Below are positions 1-9,692 of a stretch of DNA of 32,000 nt, in pieces. The notes below the pieces were generated by a model that saw nothing but the letters and a program-made list of their open reading frames with translations, made no database searches and was not told the origin of the DNA. This DNA comes from Candidatus Baldrarchaeota archaeon (lineage in GTDB: Archaea > Asgardarchaeota > Baldrarchaeia > Baldrarchaeales > DXJG01): contig DXJG01000009.1 in assembly GCA_019056805.1 (NCBI GenBank), positions 156,015-188,014 of the forward strand. Reading direction: 5' to 3'. Within the stretch, counting starts at the first letter, position 1. Each line of letters begins with the position of its first letter. The position numbers and the translations under genes were made by a program.

Positions 1-506
1 GTTTTAACCAGGCTATAATCATTAAAAACATCCGTTAAAGTCCTTTCAATTACTGGATAATTAAAAAACCGGGAACGTCTAACGAAAATTAAAGTTCTTT
101 TGACGTAATCAAATTTACGAGCAAATTTTCCCAACTTAACATAACCATACTTTATCTCAAAAGAAAGTTTTCTAAATTTCGCTTTCAAGGTAGCTTGTTC
201 TTCTGCAAAATCAACTACCTCGGTAGAGCCACATTTGGAACAAGTCTTCACATACTTGGTAACAAAAACGACTTTCTTACTCTTACAGTCTTCACAAGAA
301 TAATTGGATAAATCCTTATTTCTCCCTTTTCCAGTCTTAAGCTCTTTAACATTCTTTGACCCGCAGGTCAAGCAAATTGGAAACTTTTCTATTTTGACCG
401 ACACGCAATTACGACATAACCCTGCTCCACACGTCCTACATATCCACTCAACTTCCTTCAATCCACACTTATGGCAGATTTCTCTCTCTGTATAAAAGTT
501 TTCCAA
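1..506 (-). CDS. Multi-zinc-finger protein (B-box-like N-terminus plus zinc ribbons), 3'-truncated by window edge; not in ORF track
   Basis: Manual translation from TTG at 506 (GGGAG RBS upstream), open for 168 codons to the edge: MENFYTEREICHKCGLKEVEWICRTCGAGLCRNCVSVKIEKFPICLTCGSK...SCEDCKSK...TCSKCGSTEVVDFAEEQATLKAKFRKL...; six CxxC pairs. Confidence 0.8.
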   Translation of the reverse strand, partial: MENFYTEREICHKCGLKEVEWICRTCGAGLCRNCVSVKIEKFPICLTCGSKNVKELKTGKGRNKDLSNYSCEDCKSKKVVFVTKYVKTCSKCGSTEVVDFAEEQATLKAKFRKLSFEIKYGYVKLGKFARKFDYVKRTLIFVRRSRFFNYPVIERTLTDVFNDYSLVK

Positions 507-763
507 TGTTATCTCCCTACTACAATGCTACAACAAGCTGAAATTAAACAATATAATCTGCATTATTTAACCACTCGTAACACGTTAATATTACGTCACC
601 AAACAAACTTTACTAATTTCATAGATAGGACATTCACCTTAATTTTACACATCTAAATGCCATAACATAGATTTACGAAAAGCTTTGAAAAGAAAACATT
701 ATCAACTAACATGAAAATCAAAACTATGTTTAGAAATAGTTTGAATTTCAAGAAAGAAAAGAC

Positions 764-1528
764 TTATTCGTCTAAATCTGCCAATTTCCTGCAATGTTCT
801 TCAAAGAAGTCAAATATTTGAGTTAAAAATTTTACGTTCGATATATTGGACTTATCTCCTTCCTCAAGCTCCCTATGATGCCACCAGTATCCCCACCTGT
901 AAAACATATAAAGCAAGCCAACAGCGAACACAAGTCCATTACCATAATTTCTTATAGCAGCAACTACCCCTGGCCTATTTCCCATCATTGCAGCCCCCAA
1001 TACAGTCCAATCATTTGAAACTCTTAAAAAATAAGGAGCTATCTTTGGATCTTTACCAGGAATCTCTGCAACTGCTTTTAAATTTTCATTAATTTTATGC
1101 TTTCCCAGAAAATTCCTAATGAGTTCAAAACGTGAATCTACCTTCAAGAACCGTTCCGGAACTCCACAAAAGAACGCATAACTCTTGGCCTTCTCTTCTA
1201 AAAACTCTGCATCGAAAACTCTAAGCAATCTATTTATTCCTTCAAAATTTTCAACCGGCCTGCCAATGAAAAGAATTCCTCCTTCATCAACCCAAGAAGC
1301 AATTTCACGAATCTCTTTGTTATGAAAGGGTATATTACCTGATGCACTTATTATAATAAAAACATCCCAATCATCTAAATCTTCTCTACTTACATTTCCA
1401 CGAGTTAATCCAACGGTGTATCCCCGTTCTTTTTCTAACCACCAAAGAAATCCCCCAATGCCTAGAACTCCTGGCATCTCTGATTCGTACCGATAAACAT
1501 CAATAAGAACATCAAGTATCACATACAA
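764..1528 (-). CDS. Class I glutamine amidotransferase-like fold protein (DUF4350 / IFT52-GIFT-like), function unknown
   Basis: 254 aa; pattern DLDDWDVFIII...EIREIASWVDEGGILFIG...N...VVAAIRNYGNGLVFAVG...N.KFLTQIFDF resembles DUF4350/GIFT domains; GGAGG upstream. Confidence 0.5.
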   Translation of the reverse strand: MYVILDVLIDVYRYESEMPGVLGIGGFLWWLEKERGYTVGLTRGNVSREDLDDWDVFIIISASGNIPFHNKEIREIASWVDEGGILFIGRPVENFEGINRLLRVFDAEFLEEKAKSYAFFCGVPERFLKVDSRFELIRNFLGKHKINENLKAVAEIPGKDPKIAPYFLRVSNDWTVLGAAMMGNRPGVVAAIRNYGNGLVFAVGLLYMFYRWGYWWHHRELEEGDKSNISNVKFLTQIFDFFEEHCRKLADLDE

Positions 1529-1651
1529 CCCTCCACTATCCTATATTCAACCCTTTCTCAGCACTATAAAATATGATGCAAGATCACTATTTTAAAATTC
1601 TATTACCACCGGGTAACGGTAAATATTAAAATAATAAAATTAAAGTGTGAG

Positions 1652-3002
1652 TTAAAATCCTTTTTCCTTCAAGAATTTCTCAATTATATCTCTTAGGTCT
1701 GGCTTTCCTATTTCTTGTAGCTCGTATCTCACTCTTAATACTGGCTTATCTACATCGATTAATCGTCTTATATCAATTGGAGTCCCAGTTACAACGATGT
1801 CACACTCTGTTCTTTTAATCGTCTCTTCTAATTCCTTTATTTGCTCTTTACCATAACCCATTGCCGGTAAAACAGGTCCCAGATGAGTGTATTCTTCATA
1901 AACTTCTTTTATTGAACCAACAGCGTAAGGACGCGGATCTATAATCTCCTTAGCTCCAAATTTCCTAGCAGCCAAGTAACCCGCTCCAAAAGGCATATGG
2001 CCATGAGTTACCGTGGGACCATCTTCAACTGCCAATACTCGTTTACCTCTAATCATTTCGGGGTTGTCAACAAACAATGGCATTGCTGCATCAATAATTA
2101 TCGCGTTTGGATTGATCTTTTCCAGATTTCTCCTAACTTTTTCAATGTTTTCTGGAGGTGCGGTTTCAACTTTATTTATAATAAGTACATCTGCCATTCT
2201 TGCATTTGCTTCCCCTGGATATGCACCAACTTCTTGGCCAGCTCTATGAGGGTCAGCCACAACAATGAAGAGATCTGGCTTATAAAATGGGAAATCGTTA
2301 TTTCCACCATCCCAAATAATTAAGTCAGCTTCTTTCTCAGCTTCCCTAAGAATTTTTTCATAATCTACGCCAGCATATACTACAACACCCCTATCGATAA
2401 GTGGCTCATATTCTTCTCTCTCCTCTATGGTACATTCATAGCGGTCTAAATCTTCATAAGAAGCAAATCGCTGACATACCTGTTTTCTTAAGTCTCCGTA
2501 TGGCATTGGATGTCTTATAACAACAACTTTAATACCTTTCTCCTTAAGGAGATCTACAACTCTTCGCGTAGTAGGACTTTTACCGGATCCTGTTCTTACA
2601 GCGCAAATAGCTATTATTGGGACCTTAGATTCTAACATTGTAGATTTTGGACCCATAAGTCTAAAATCAGCACCAGTGGCTAGAACCATAGAAGCTTTGT
2701 GCATAACATCTTCATATACCAGATCGCTGTATGCTAATATCACTTGTTCTACATCAAATTTTTTGACAAGTTCCGGTAATTGTTCCTCAGGGTATATTGG
2801 TATGCCATTTGGATAGTTGGGACCAGCAAGTTCAGGTGGGTATTTTCTCCCAGTTATATTTGGAATTTGAGCTGCTGTAAAAGCAACGACCTCATACAAA
2901 TCATTATTTCTAAAATGTACGTTAAAATTGTGGAATTCGCGAGCCCTCTTAGGGCTTGTCGCGTCCAGCAGCACCCATAATTATTACCTTTATCTTTTTC
3001 AT
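1652..3002 (-). CDS. COG2403 P-loop 'predicted GTPase' (cyclic 2,3-diphosphoglycerate synthetase-related family), two exons: 3002-2958 and 2935-1652, spliced product 442 aa
   Basis: ATG at 3002 with GGTGA RBS 8 nt upstream. Exon 1 MKKIKVIIMGAAGRD plus exon 2 FHNFNVHFRNN... gives the family N-terminal motif GAAGRDFHNFN. P-loop AVRTGSGKS; WDGGNND, EDGPT and PAMGY motifs. The ORF-track start at 2974 (MLLDATSPKRARE) reads through intron sequence and lacks the motif. Confidence 0.88.
2936..2957 (-). other. Putative 22-nt bulge-helix-bulge intron in a protein-coding gene
   Basis: Minus strand: UGGA-CGCG-AC|A-AGCCCU-AAG-AGGGCU-CGCG-AA|U-UCCA. 4-bp central helix, two 3-nt bulges, 6-bp inner stem, 4-bp outer stem. 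Cuts after the 2nd nt of each bulge give GGA CGC GAC | TTC CAC in frame. Unspliced frame hits TAA inside the insert. Confidence 0.9.
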
Positions 3003-3212
3003 TCCATAACTCACCTTCTGTTTTTATTACGTCTTTTAACGACGTCTAAAACTTACATCTTTATCTTATTAAACTATTTTCCTATATAACAATCACAACT
3101 AGCTATTTATCCTGTTTAATGTTAAATGTTTTAACTTAATTTTGCAAAATTTTTCTTCATACTATTTAAGAAAAAGTAAAAGGCAAATTATACATGTGAA
3201 ACTCAAAAACAT

Positions 3213-4097
3213 TTATCGCTTCCTTTTCTTCCTGGTAGGCTTTTTCTTTCCCTTTTTACTAATACGTTCGTAAATTTTCTTCATGTTAATAGCATCTCTA
3301 TCCAGCGTAGGTGACTCGCTTATAATAACTGGTTTCAATCCCAACTCAACAATTAACTCCGCAAAAGGTTCAAAAGGAGGGCCAAATTCTTTTTCAGACA
3401 ACAACCTATGAGTCTTCTCACCTTTATCCGTAAATTCCACCTTGGTAAAATGACAATGAAGATCTTTTAGCACATCAGAACCCAGCCTCTTCTCTATTTC
3501 ATCAAGAATTTTTTCATACTCCTTCCTACCTTTAATTAATCCCTGTTCTCTCGCATGGACATGAGCCCAATCTATTGTAGGGCACACTAATTCTACTTGC
3601 TCACACATCGTTAAAATTTCATCTAAACTTCCCAACTGTGAGAGTTTTCCCGTAGTCTCCGGAGCTAAAAGCACACCCTTTATACCCTCAGCCTTAGCCA
3701 TCTCCACAACTTCTCTAATCGCCTCTATACACATTTTCAAAGCTTCTTCTGGAGTTTTCTCTCCATAGTAGCCAGGGTGAAAAACAACTTTTCTAGCACC
3801 CATCCACATCGCAGCCCTCATAGAATCCAAAAGACGCTCCTTAGATTTTTTAAACGTCTCCTTTTTATCTGAAGACAAATTTATATAATAAGGTCCGTGA
3901 AGAGAAACATAAACATCGTTTTCCTTAGCATTTTTTCCCAGTTCTCTTGCCACTTCTTCCTTTATACGCACCCCTCGTACAGCCTGGTATTCGTAAGCAT
4001 CAAGACCTTCCTCTCTAATGTATATGGGGGCTTCAACGGTTGGACCTTTAAAATCTAAAGGATTTCCAGCAGGACCAAAACGTACACGATCAGCCAT
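3213..4097 (-). CDS. nfo: Endonuclease IV (AP endonuclease family 2), archaeal type
   Basis: RFGPAG start, HGPYYINLSS, VFHPGYY, PETTGK, DWAH, HCHF, ISESP motifs; probable start at ATG 4097 (ORF track extends to 4115); Lys/Arg-rich C-terminal tail. Confidence 0.9.
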   Translation of the reverse strand: MADRVRFGPAGNPLDFKGPTVEAPIYIREEGLDAYEYQAVRGVRIKEEVARELGKNAKENDVYVSLHGPYYINLSSDKKETFKKSKERLLDSMRAAMWMGARKVVFHPGYYGEKTPEEALKMCIEAIREVVEMAKAEGIKGVLLAPETTGKLSQLGSLDEILTMCEQVELVCPTIDWAHVHAREQGLIKGRKEYEKILDEIEKRLGSDVLKDLHCHFTKVEFTDKGEKTHRLLSEKEFGPPFEPFAELIVELGLKPVIISESPTLDRDAINMKKIYERISKKGKKKPTRKKRKR

Positions 4098-4220
4098 AAT
4101 TATTCCCCCAACCAAACATCATTACTAGATAAACTAACTTACAACACATTTAATATAATATTCCCCTCCCCATATACATGAGCACATGAAAAATGATAAA
4201 AGGTTAAATGAGCTGCATAC

Positions 4221-4228
4221 TATATAAG
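4221..4228 (+). promoter_or_regulatory. TATA box of tRNA gene
   Basis: TATATAAG starts 23 nt upstream of the tRNA 5' end at 4244. Confidence 0.6.
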
Positions 4229-4243
4229 AAAAACCATTATCTA

Positions 4244-4343
4244 GGGCCCGTGGCCTAGCAGGATAAGGCGGCGGCCTCCTAAAATCTCCTCAAAGATTGT
4301 AGAAAGCCGCAGATCCCGGGTTCGAATCCCGGCGGGCCCGCCA
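4244..4343 (+). tRNA. tRNA-Arg(CCU) with 23-nt intron at 37/38 (4282-4304) and encoded CCA
   Basis: Acceptor GGGCCCG/CGGGCCC, discriminator G, CCA; anticodon stem GCGGC/GCCGC with CCT at 4278-4280; T-loop TTCGAAT; intron AAATCTCCTCAAAGATTGTAGAA forms a relaxed BHB (central CUCC/GUAG with one mismatch, inner AAUCU/AGAUU). Confidence 0.95.
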
Positions 4344-4367
4344 AAGAACCCTATCCGAGATATAGTT

Positions 4368-6617
4368 TTAGCTTATTGGTTCTCCTACTCTTGGACTTGT
4401 TATAGTTTTTGTCTCTATTCCTAATTCTACCACTTTTTTCAATAATTCGCTAGCTTTTGTTTTTGATAAGTACTTATTATCATTTCCGCAATAATAATCA
4501 TATACACATGATGGGCAGCCATCTCCTTTGCATTTACAGCTTGTTAATATTTTAAGGGCTCTATTAAGTGCCTTTTCAAGTCTTTCTATAAGAAGAAGGG
4601 TAAGACCTGAACCACCCACAGCACCATCATATATGAAAATTGTTCCATCTGGGTATGATATGCCTCCCATTTCTGCTATATCGGCTCCAACAACTGTTTG
4701 TGCCGCTGATATTATCACATGTTCTGCTGCATGGGCAGCAGATGCGGCATCTTCTAAATCCCATTCAGGATTCATGGGTAATTGAAAAGCTATGCCTCTT
4801 GTTTCAAATCTATATTTTAGGGGTTCCTCAAGCATTGTTTCGCTCATTACATGTTTTGTTGTAAAGTCCCTTGTTTTATATCCGTAGACCACATGTTCTA
4901 TTGTCATTTCACTGTAAGTCACTGGAATACCGTAAACTTTTCGTTTCTTGACTGTTGTAAAATCAACAGGTTCTGATCTCCATACAGGTTTTGTTTCCAA
5001 TCTCAAATATTTTGGTATTTGAGTTACTATTGCTCTTTTATAGTCGAATTCAAGAACTTGGTAAAGTTTACCTCCATGCATATAAATTGCTCCGGGATAA
5101 AGCTCCTTTATTGCCATCGGCATTTCTCTAAACCCTAAATATTGTTTCTTAACATTATAAATGTGAATTATATCACCTGTCCCTCTTAGATTTATGGTAT
5201 ACAGAGTTTTCCAGCATTTTTCCAATGGATAAAACATGTTTCTTCGTTCAATTAAATACCCTTGAGATATAAGCTCCTTAATTATTTTCTTCTCTTTCTC
5301 TGACATTCTTTCTACTTCGCTTAGCCTTATAGGACGGTCACATGCCATACCGATAAGATGATTTCTTGTGATTATTGGATTTGTTGGATCAACATATACA
5401 GGTTCAGGCTCCTGCTTGAAGAACTCATCTGGGTTTTCACTATAATATCTGCTAATAGGGTCCTCACCAAGAATGGTAAACACATAGGCAGTTTGACCTC
5501 TTCTCCCAGCTCTTCCAACTCTTTGTAGATATTTTGCAAATGTCGGCGGTATTTCAGTTAAAATTACACAATCTAAATCTCCTATATCTATTCCTAGCTC
5601 AAGGGTAGGTGTTGCAACAACAGCTTCCAACTTACCTTGCTTAAATTCTGTCTCCACCTTCTTTCTAAAATGTTCTGTTAGCCCGGCGCGATGTATTCCT
5701 ATCTTTATTTTTCTCATATCTGCTAATCGCTTTATGGACTCCGCTTCTTTATGACCCCTAACAAAAATTAATGTTTTCTTTCCAGCATTAATCATTATTT
5801 TTACCAGTTCTACAGCCTCACTTATCCTACTTCTTGTCAAAGGCCGTATGAATACATGATACGTTTTACCAGTAACTCTTCCTTTTGAGTATACAACCTC
5901 TACTTTCCTATCAAAAAGAGTTTCACCAAACTTCTCAGGATTACCTATCGTAGCTGATGAACCTATGAATTGAAGCCTTCTTCTAGCTTTCCTTTTTAAT
6001 CTCCTAAGGAGATGATGAACATGAGCCCCAAAAACTCCACTATAAACATGTAACTCGTCCAAAACTACAATTTTAAGGGTGCTAAGTATATCTCTAAACC
6101 ATCTACTAGGCAGTATTCGATTGAGCATATCTGGATTCGAAATTAAAATCGAAGGAGGATTCGCCCTTATTCTTTCCCTATCCTTCTCTGAAGTATCGCC
6201 ATCGTAAATAGCTATCGATATGCCGAAAATACTTGGAAACATCTTGTATACTTTCTCCACTTGATCACGAGCTAGAGCTTTAGTTGGATACATTATAAGT
6301 GCCCTTGTTCCTTCACCAATGTGATGAATACAATCCTGTAAAATAGGTGTTAGGAATGCTTCTGTTTTTCCCGTACCAGTTCCAGAAACAATAACAACAT
6401 CCTTTCCATCTAAAATTTTCCGGATAGCCTCTTCTTGAAACTTATAAAATCTAGTAATTTCCCTTCTTTTCAACGCAGATATAACTGAGGGGCGGAGAGG
6501 TAAATCATCTACATTACAGCCATATGGAATTTCGGTTCTTTCAAGAACTTTCGACACAACCATTTTCCTAGTGTTATCACTTATAACACTTTGAATAATT
6601 GGGTCGTCGGTTATCAT
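4368..6617 (-). CDS. SF2 DEAD/DEAH-box helicase with C-terminal DUF1998 Zn domain (Hrq1/MrfA/SftH-like)
   Basis: GTGTGKT, YPTKALARDQ, DELH, SAT, TLELGIDIG, QRVGRAGR motifs; C-terminal CKCKGDGCPSC. Confidence 0.9.
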   Translation of the reverse strand: MITDDPIIQSVISDNTRKMVVSKVLERTEIPYGCNVDDLPLRPSVISALKRREITRFYKFQEEAIRKILDGKDVVIVSGTGTGKTEAFLTPILQDCIHHIGEGTRALIMYPTKALARDQVEKVYKMFPSIFGISIAIYDGDTSEKDRERIRANPPSILISNPDMLNRILPSRWFRDILSTLKIVVLDELHVYSGVFGAHVHHLLRRLKRKARRRLQFIGSSATIGNPEKFGETLFDRKVEVVYSKGRVTGKTYHVFIRPLTRSRISEAVELVKIMINAGKKTLIFVRGHKEAESIKRLADMRKIKIGIHRAGLTEHFRKKVETEFKQGKLEAVVATPTLELGIDIGDLDCVILTEIPPTFAKYLQRVGRAGRRGQTAYVFTILGEDPISRYYSENPDEFFKQEPEPVYVDPTNPIITRNHLIGMACDRPIRLSEVERMSEKEKKIIKELISQGYLIERRNMFYPLEKCWKTLYTINLRGTGDIIHIYNVKKQYLGFREMPMAIKELYPGAIYMHGGKLYQVLEFDYKRAIVTQIPKYLRLETKPVWRSEPVDFTTVKKRKVYGIPVTYSEMTIEHVVYGYKTRDFTTKHVMSETMLEEPLKYRFETRGIAFQLPMNPEWDLEDAASAAHAAEHVIISAAQTVVGADIAEMGGISYPDGTIFIYDGAVGGSGLTLLLIERLEKALNRALKILTSCKCKGDGCPSCVYDYYCGNDNKYLSKTKASELLKKVVELGIETKTITSPRVGEPIS

Positions 6618-6773
6618 AGATTTCCTCTCTACCTAGTTCAAAATATAAGATTTAAATCAAAATTTAAATGTAGTTTCTTCAACAAGGTAAAAAAGTTTAA
6701 GATATAAAGATTTTCTGGGAAATCCTATTTTAGTCTACATCGTATTTCAACCGAATTTAGAAAATGAAATATT

Positions 6774-9692
6774 CTATGTTAGTAGTATTGCTGGTTTTCC
6801 TGGTAATGCTTGTTCTGCTTTAGGATGTTTTTCTTCTTCCGCTCTTTTTATCACCACTTCTTTTAGTCCAGTTTCCTTCGCTATGTAATCTGCAAATTTT
6901 TGAAATACCTCCATTTCTATTTCAGGATCTGTAAATTTCCACAGTCTGCCAGCTTTAACTATTCTTTGAACAAGTTGTTGAACTTTTTTAGCAAATTTCC
7001 TTAAATTTTCATCCTTCATTAACAAAGGCATTAGCGATTTGAAGGTCAACGGTGCGCCAGATTCTACTATTTTTTGGAAAGCTTGATATTTCCATTTTGG
7101 AGCGATGTAAATGTATGCAGTAGACGGTTTTTGATCTTTTATCAAAGACTTAATCTCTTTTATATCGCCTATAGTCTGTAGTACAATTTCTATCGATGTT
7201 TCTATCCTTTCATCTATCAATTTCTCATCGGGGGTTGGCCAAGGTTCCAACGATATGAAACTCTTTTTCCCCATTTTATGCCATATTTCTTCGCAAATAT
7301 GAGGAATTACCGGCGCTAAAAGACGTAGCCATTTATCCAATACGTATCTTAGTACCGCTGCAACTTCATTAATATTTCTATCCTTCATTATCTCCCTGTA
7401 AAAGTCTATATGATGCATGATTTCGAAGAAACTTTGTATTATTGCATCTCTAAATCTTAAATCCTCATAGAATTTTGTAACATTTCGAATAGTTGTGTTT
7501 ATTTTTGAAAGCATCCATCTACTAATACTTGAAACTTTTTCTACTTTTAGTTCTCTTTCAGGCATTTCTAAGATCTCGTTTACCACATTCCAGAAGTGTT
7601 GTAACCTTTTCATAGTTACTGTTACTTCTTTTTCTCTCCAATCCATTGTAGTGGGCAAATCTGCTGCGTATGCCACATACAGCCTATATAGATCACTTGA
7701 ATACTTCTTCGCTATATCTACTAGTGGTATTATGTTTCCATAGGATTTAGACATTTTTCTTCCTTCTTTAATAACTAGCTCATTTAATGTTATCTTTTTA
7801 GGCCATTTTTCCTCCGGGAAGATTGCTACATGATGAAATATGAAGAATGTCAAGTGGTTCGTTATATGTGCAGGAGCTGTATGTCTCTGATCAACTGGAT
7901 ACCAATATTCAAATTCCTCATGCATTTTTCTCAACAAATCTGCTGGAATCCCTGTTTTCTTCGCTACTTCTTCAGGTGTTCCGTTACCCAAGAAAACATA
8001 GTCCCAAAATTCATAGGACAGTTTTGATGAATCTATGTTATTTTCTCTAATATGATGTATTACTGTATAAAATGCCATGTATATTGTCGAATCTGAGAGA
8101 GATTCTATAATCCATTCGGGATCAAATGGCAGAGGTGTCCCTATTCCTCGTTTCCTTGCGCAAGGCCTTTCCCTCAACCATTCTATCGTATCTTCAAAAA
8201 GCTTCCTATATGTTCTTGGAAATATCACCATATTTTCTAAACATTTTCTTGCTTTCTGCTTCCATTCTTCTTTTGAGTAATCTATGAACCACTGATCAGG
8301 TAAAACAACTGCTATAACCTTACCACCACATCTACAGATTACAGGCTTCTCTAAAGCAGTAACTTCATACATAACATCTGCCATACCCAAATCATTCAGA
8401 TACTGAACTACATCATCTTTGATTTCCGACACTTTCCTACCAGCAAATTCACCACAATTCTCCTTCATCACTCCATGATAGTATTCAGCCTTATAAATTT
8501 CTTCGGTTGCTTTTTCCAGCTTGTCCACGTCATCCTGGCTCTTTATTCCCATTTTTTCACATATTTCAACAGCTGGATAATCTCCGAATCCCTCGATCTT
8601 TATAATTGAAATAGGTTTTATTTCTCTAATTTCTTCTATATTTAACCCGAATTCTTTAACCATTTCTCGGTTTTCCTGTAAATCCTTTAACGCTATCCAG
8701 TCAAAAGGAGCATGAGCAGGTACAGAGTATACAACGCCAGTTGCATTATCTGTATCGACAAAACGCCCTGGCAATATAGGTATTTCCCTATTTATCGGTG
8801 CTATACATGTTTTACCTACCAGTTCTTTACCCTTTAATTCTCTTAGTACTTCTACTTTTCTCTCTTGTCTTGATAGTTTAAATGCTGCTTCTTTTGAAAT
8901 TATCCATTTTTCTCCATCAATTCTAGCCTCAACATATGTACCTTCAGGATGTACCCACAGGTTTGTGACACCAAAGATAGTTTCAGGCCTTAATGTAGCT
9001 GCAGCTAAATAACTATCATTCATTTTAAACTTTATAACAGTAAAATCTATTATTTCAGGCTTTATTTCATCTCCGCCTTTTATATCATCTTCACCAACAG
9101 CATTTCCATGATTTACACAAAACAGAATCGGATATTTTCCCTGTTTTATAAATCCTTTTTCATTTAGCTTCTTAAACTGCCACGTAACAAATGCTTGATA
9201 TTCCGGGTCTCCCGTTGTAAATTTTCGTCTCCAATCTATACCGAAACCTAGCGACTTAAAGTCCTGGCTAATTACCTGAGAGAAAAATTTTGCAACGTTC
9301 CAAGGCTCTTTAAACGACTCCGCTATCTCATCTATTTTTCTCTCGTCCTCAACATACAATTTAACATAATCTCTATACTCTCGTATCGCCCCTGGATCTC
9401 CTGACCGGATCCTAGCAGATATTCCCTCTATAGGTGTGCCAGTTATATGAAATGCCATAGGCCAAAGTACATTGTAACCTTGCATCCTCTTGAACCTTGC
9501 AATTAAATCCCCGATAGTATATGTTCGTCCATGTCCTATATGTAGAGCTCCACTCGTATATGGGTAAGGTACGGTTAGGAAAAATTTCTCCTTGCTTGGA
9601 TCAGGATCAGCCTCAAATATTTTTGCTTCTTCCCATTTCTTCTGCCATTTTGCCTCTATGGCTCTTAAAGTTTCTAAGAAATTGCTCGACAA
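6774..9692 (-). CDS. leuS: Leucyl-tRNA synthetase, archaeal/eukaryotic type
   Basis: 972 aa; PYPY..GALHIGH, ATLRPET editing domain, KMSKS; GGAGGTG RBS before TTG. Confidence 0.97.
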   Translation of the reverse strand: MSSNFLETLRAIEAKWQKKWEEAKIFEADPDPSKEKFFLTVPYPYTSGALHIGHGRTYTIGDLIARFKRMQGYNVLWPMAFHITGTPIEGISARIRSGDPGAIREYRDYVKLYVEDERKIDEIAESFKEPWNVAKFFSQVISQDFKSLGFGIDWRRKFTTGDPEYQAFVTWQFKKLNEKGFIKQGKYPILFCVNHGNAVGEDDIKGGDEIKPEIIDFTVIKFKMNDSYLAAATLRPETIFGVTNLWVHPEGTYVEARIDGEKWIISKEAAFKLSRQERKVEVLRELKGKELVGKTCIAPINREIPILPGRFVDTDNATGVVYSVPAHAPFDWIALKDLQENREMVKEFGLNIEEIREIKPISIIKIEGFGDYPAVEICEKMGIKSQDDVDKLEKATEEIYKAEYYHGVMKENCGEFAGRKVSEIKDDVVQYLNDLGMADVMYEVTALEKPVICRCGGKVIAVVLPDQWFIDYSKEEWKQKARKCLENMVIFPRTYRKLFEDTIEWLRERPCARKRGIGTPLPFDPEWIIESLSDSTIYMAFYTVIHHIRENNIDSSKLSYEFWDYVFLGNGTPEEVAKKTGIPADLLRKMHEEFEYWYPVDQRHTAPAHITNHLTFFIFHHVAIFPEEKWPKKITLNELVIKEGRKMSKSYGNIIPLVDIAKKYSSDLYRLYVAYAADLPTTMDWREKEVTVTMKRLQHFWNVVNEILEMPERELKVEKVSSISRWMLSKINTTIRNVTKFYEDLRFRDAIIQSFFEIMHHIDFYREIMKDRNINEVAAVLRYVLDKWLRLLAPVIPHICEEIWHKMGKKSFISLEPWPTPDEKLIDERIETSIEIVLQTIGDIKEIKSLIKDQKPSTAYIYIAPKWKYQAFQKIVESGAPLTFKSLMPLLMKDENLRKFAKKVQQLVQRIVKAGRLWKFTDPEIEMEVFQKFADYIAKETGLKEVVIKRAEEEKHPKAEQALPGKPAILLT

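Noticed and set aside
2936-2974. ORF-track N-terminus MLLDATSPKRARE for the COG2403 gene
   Set aside because: It reads through intron sequence and exon 1 in the wrong frame, lacks an RBS and loses the conserved GAAGRD motif; the spliced model explains the sequence exactly.
2999-3007. Minimal upstream ORF ATG-GAA-TGA overlapping the COG2403 start (minus strand)
   Set aside because: Only 2 codons and very close to the RBS; likely incidental in AT-rich DNA, with no evidence of a regulatory role.
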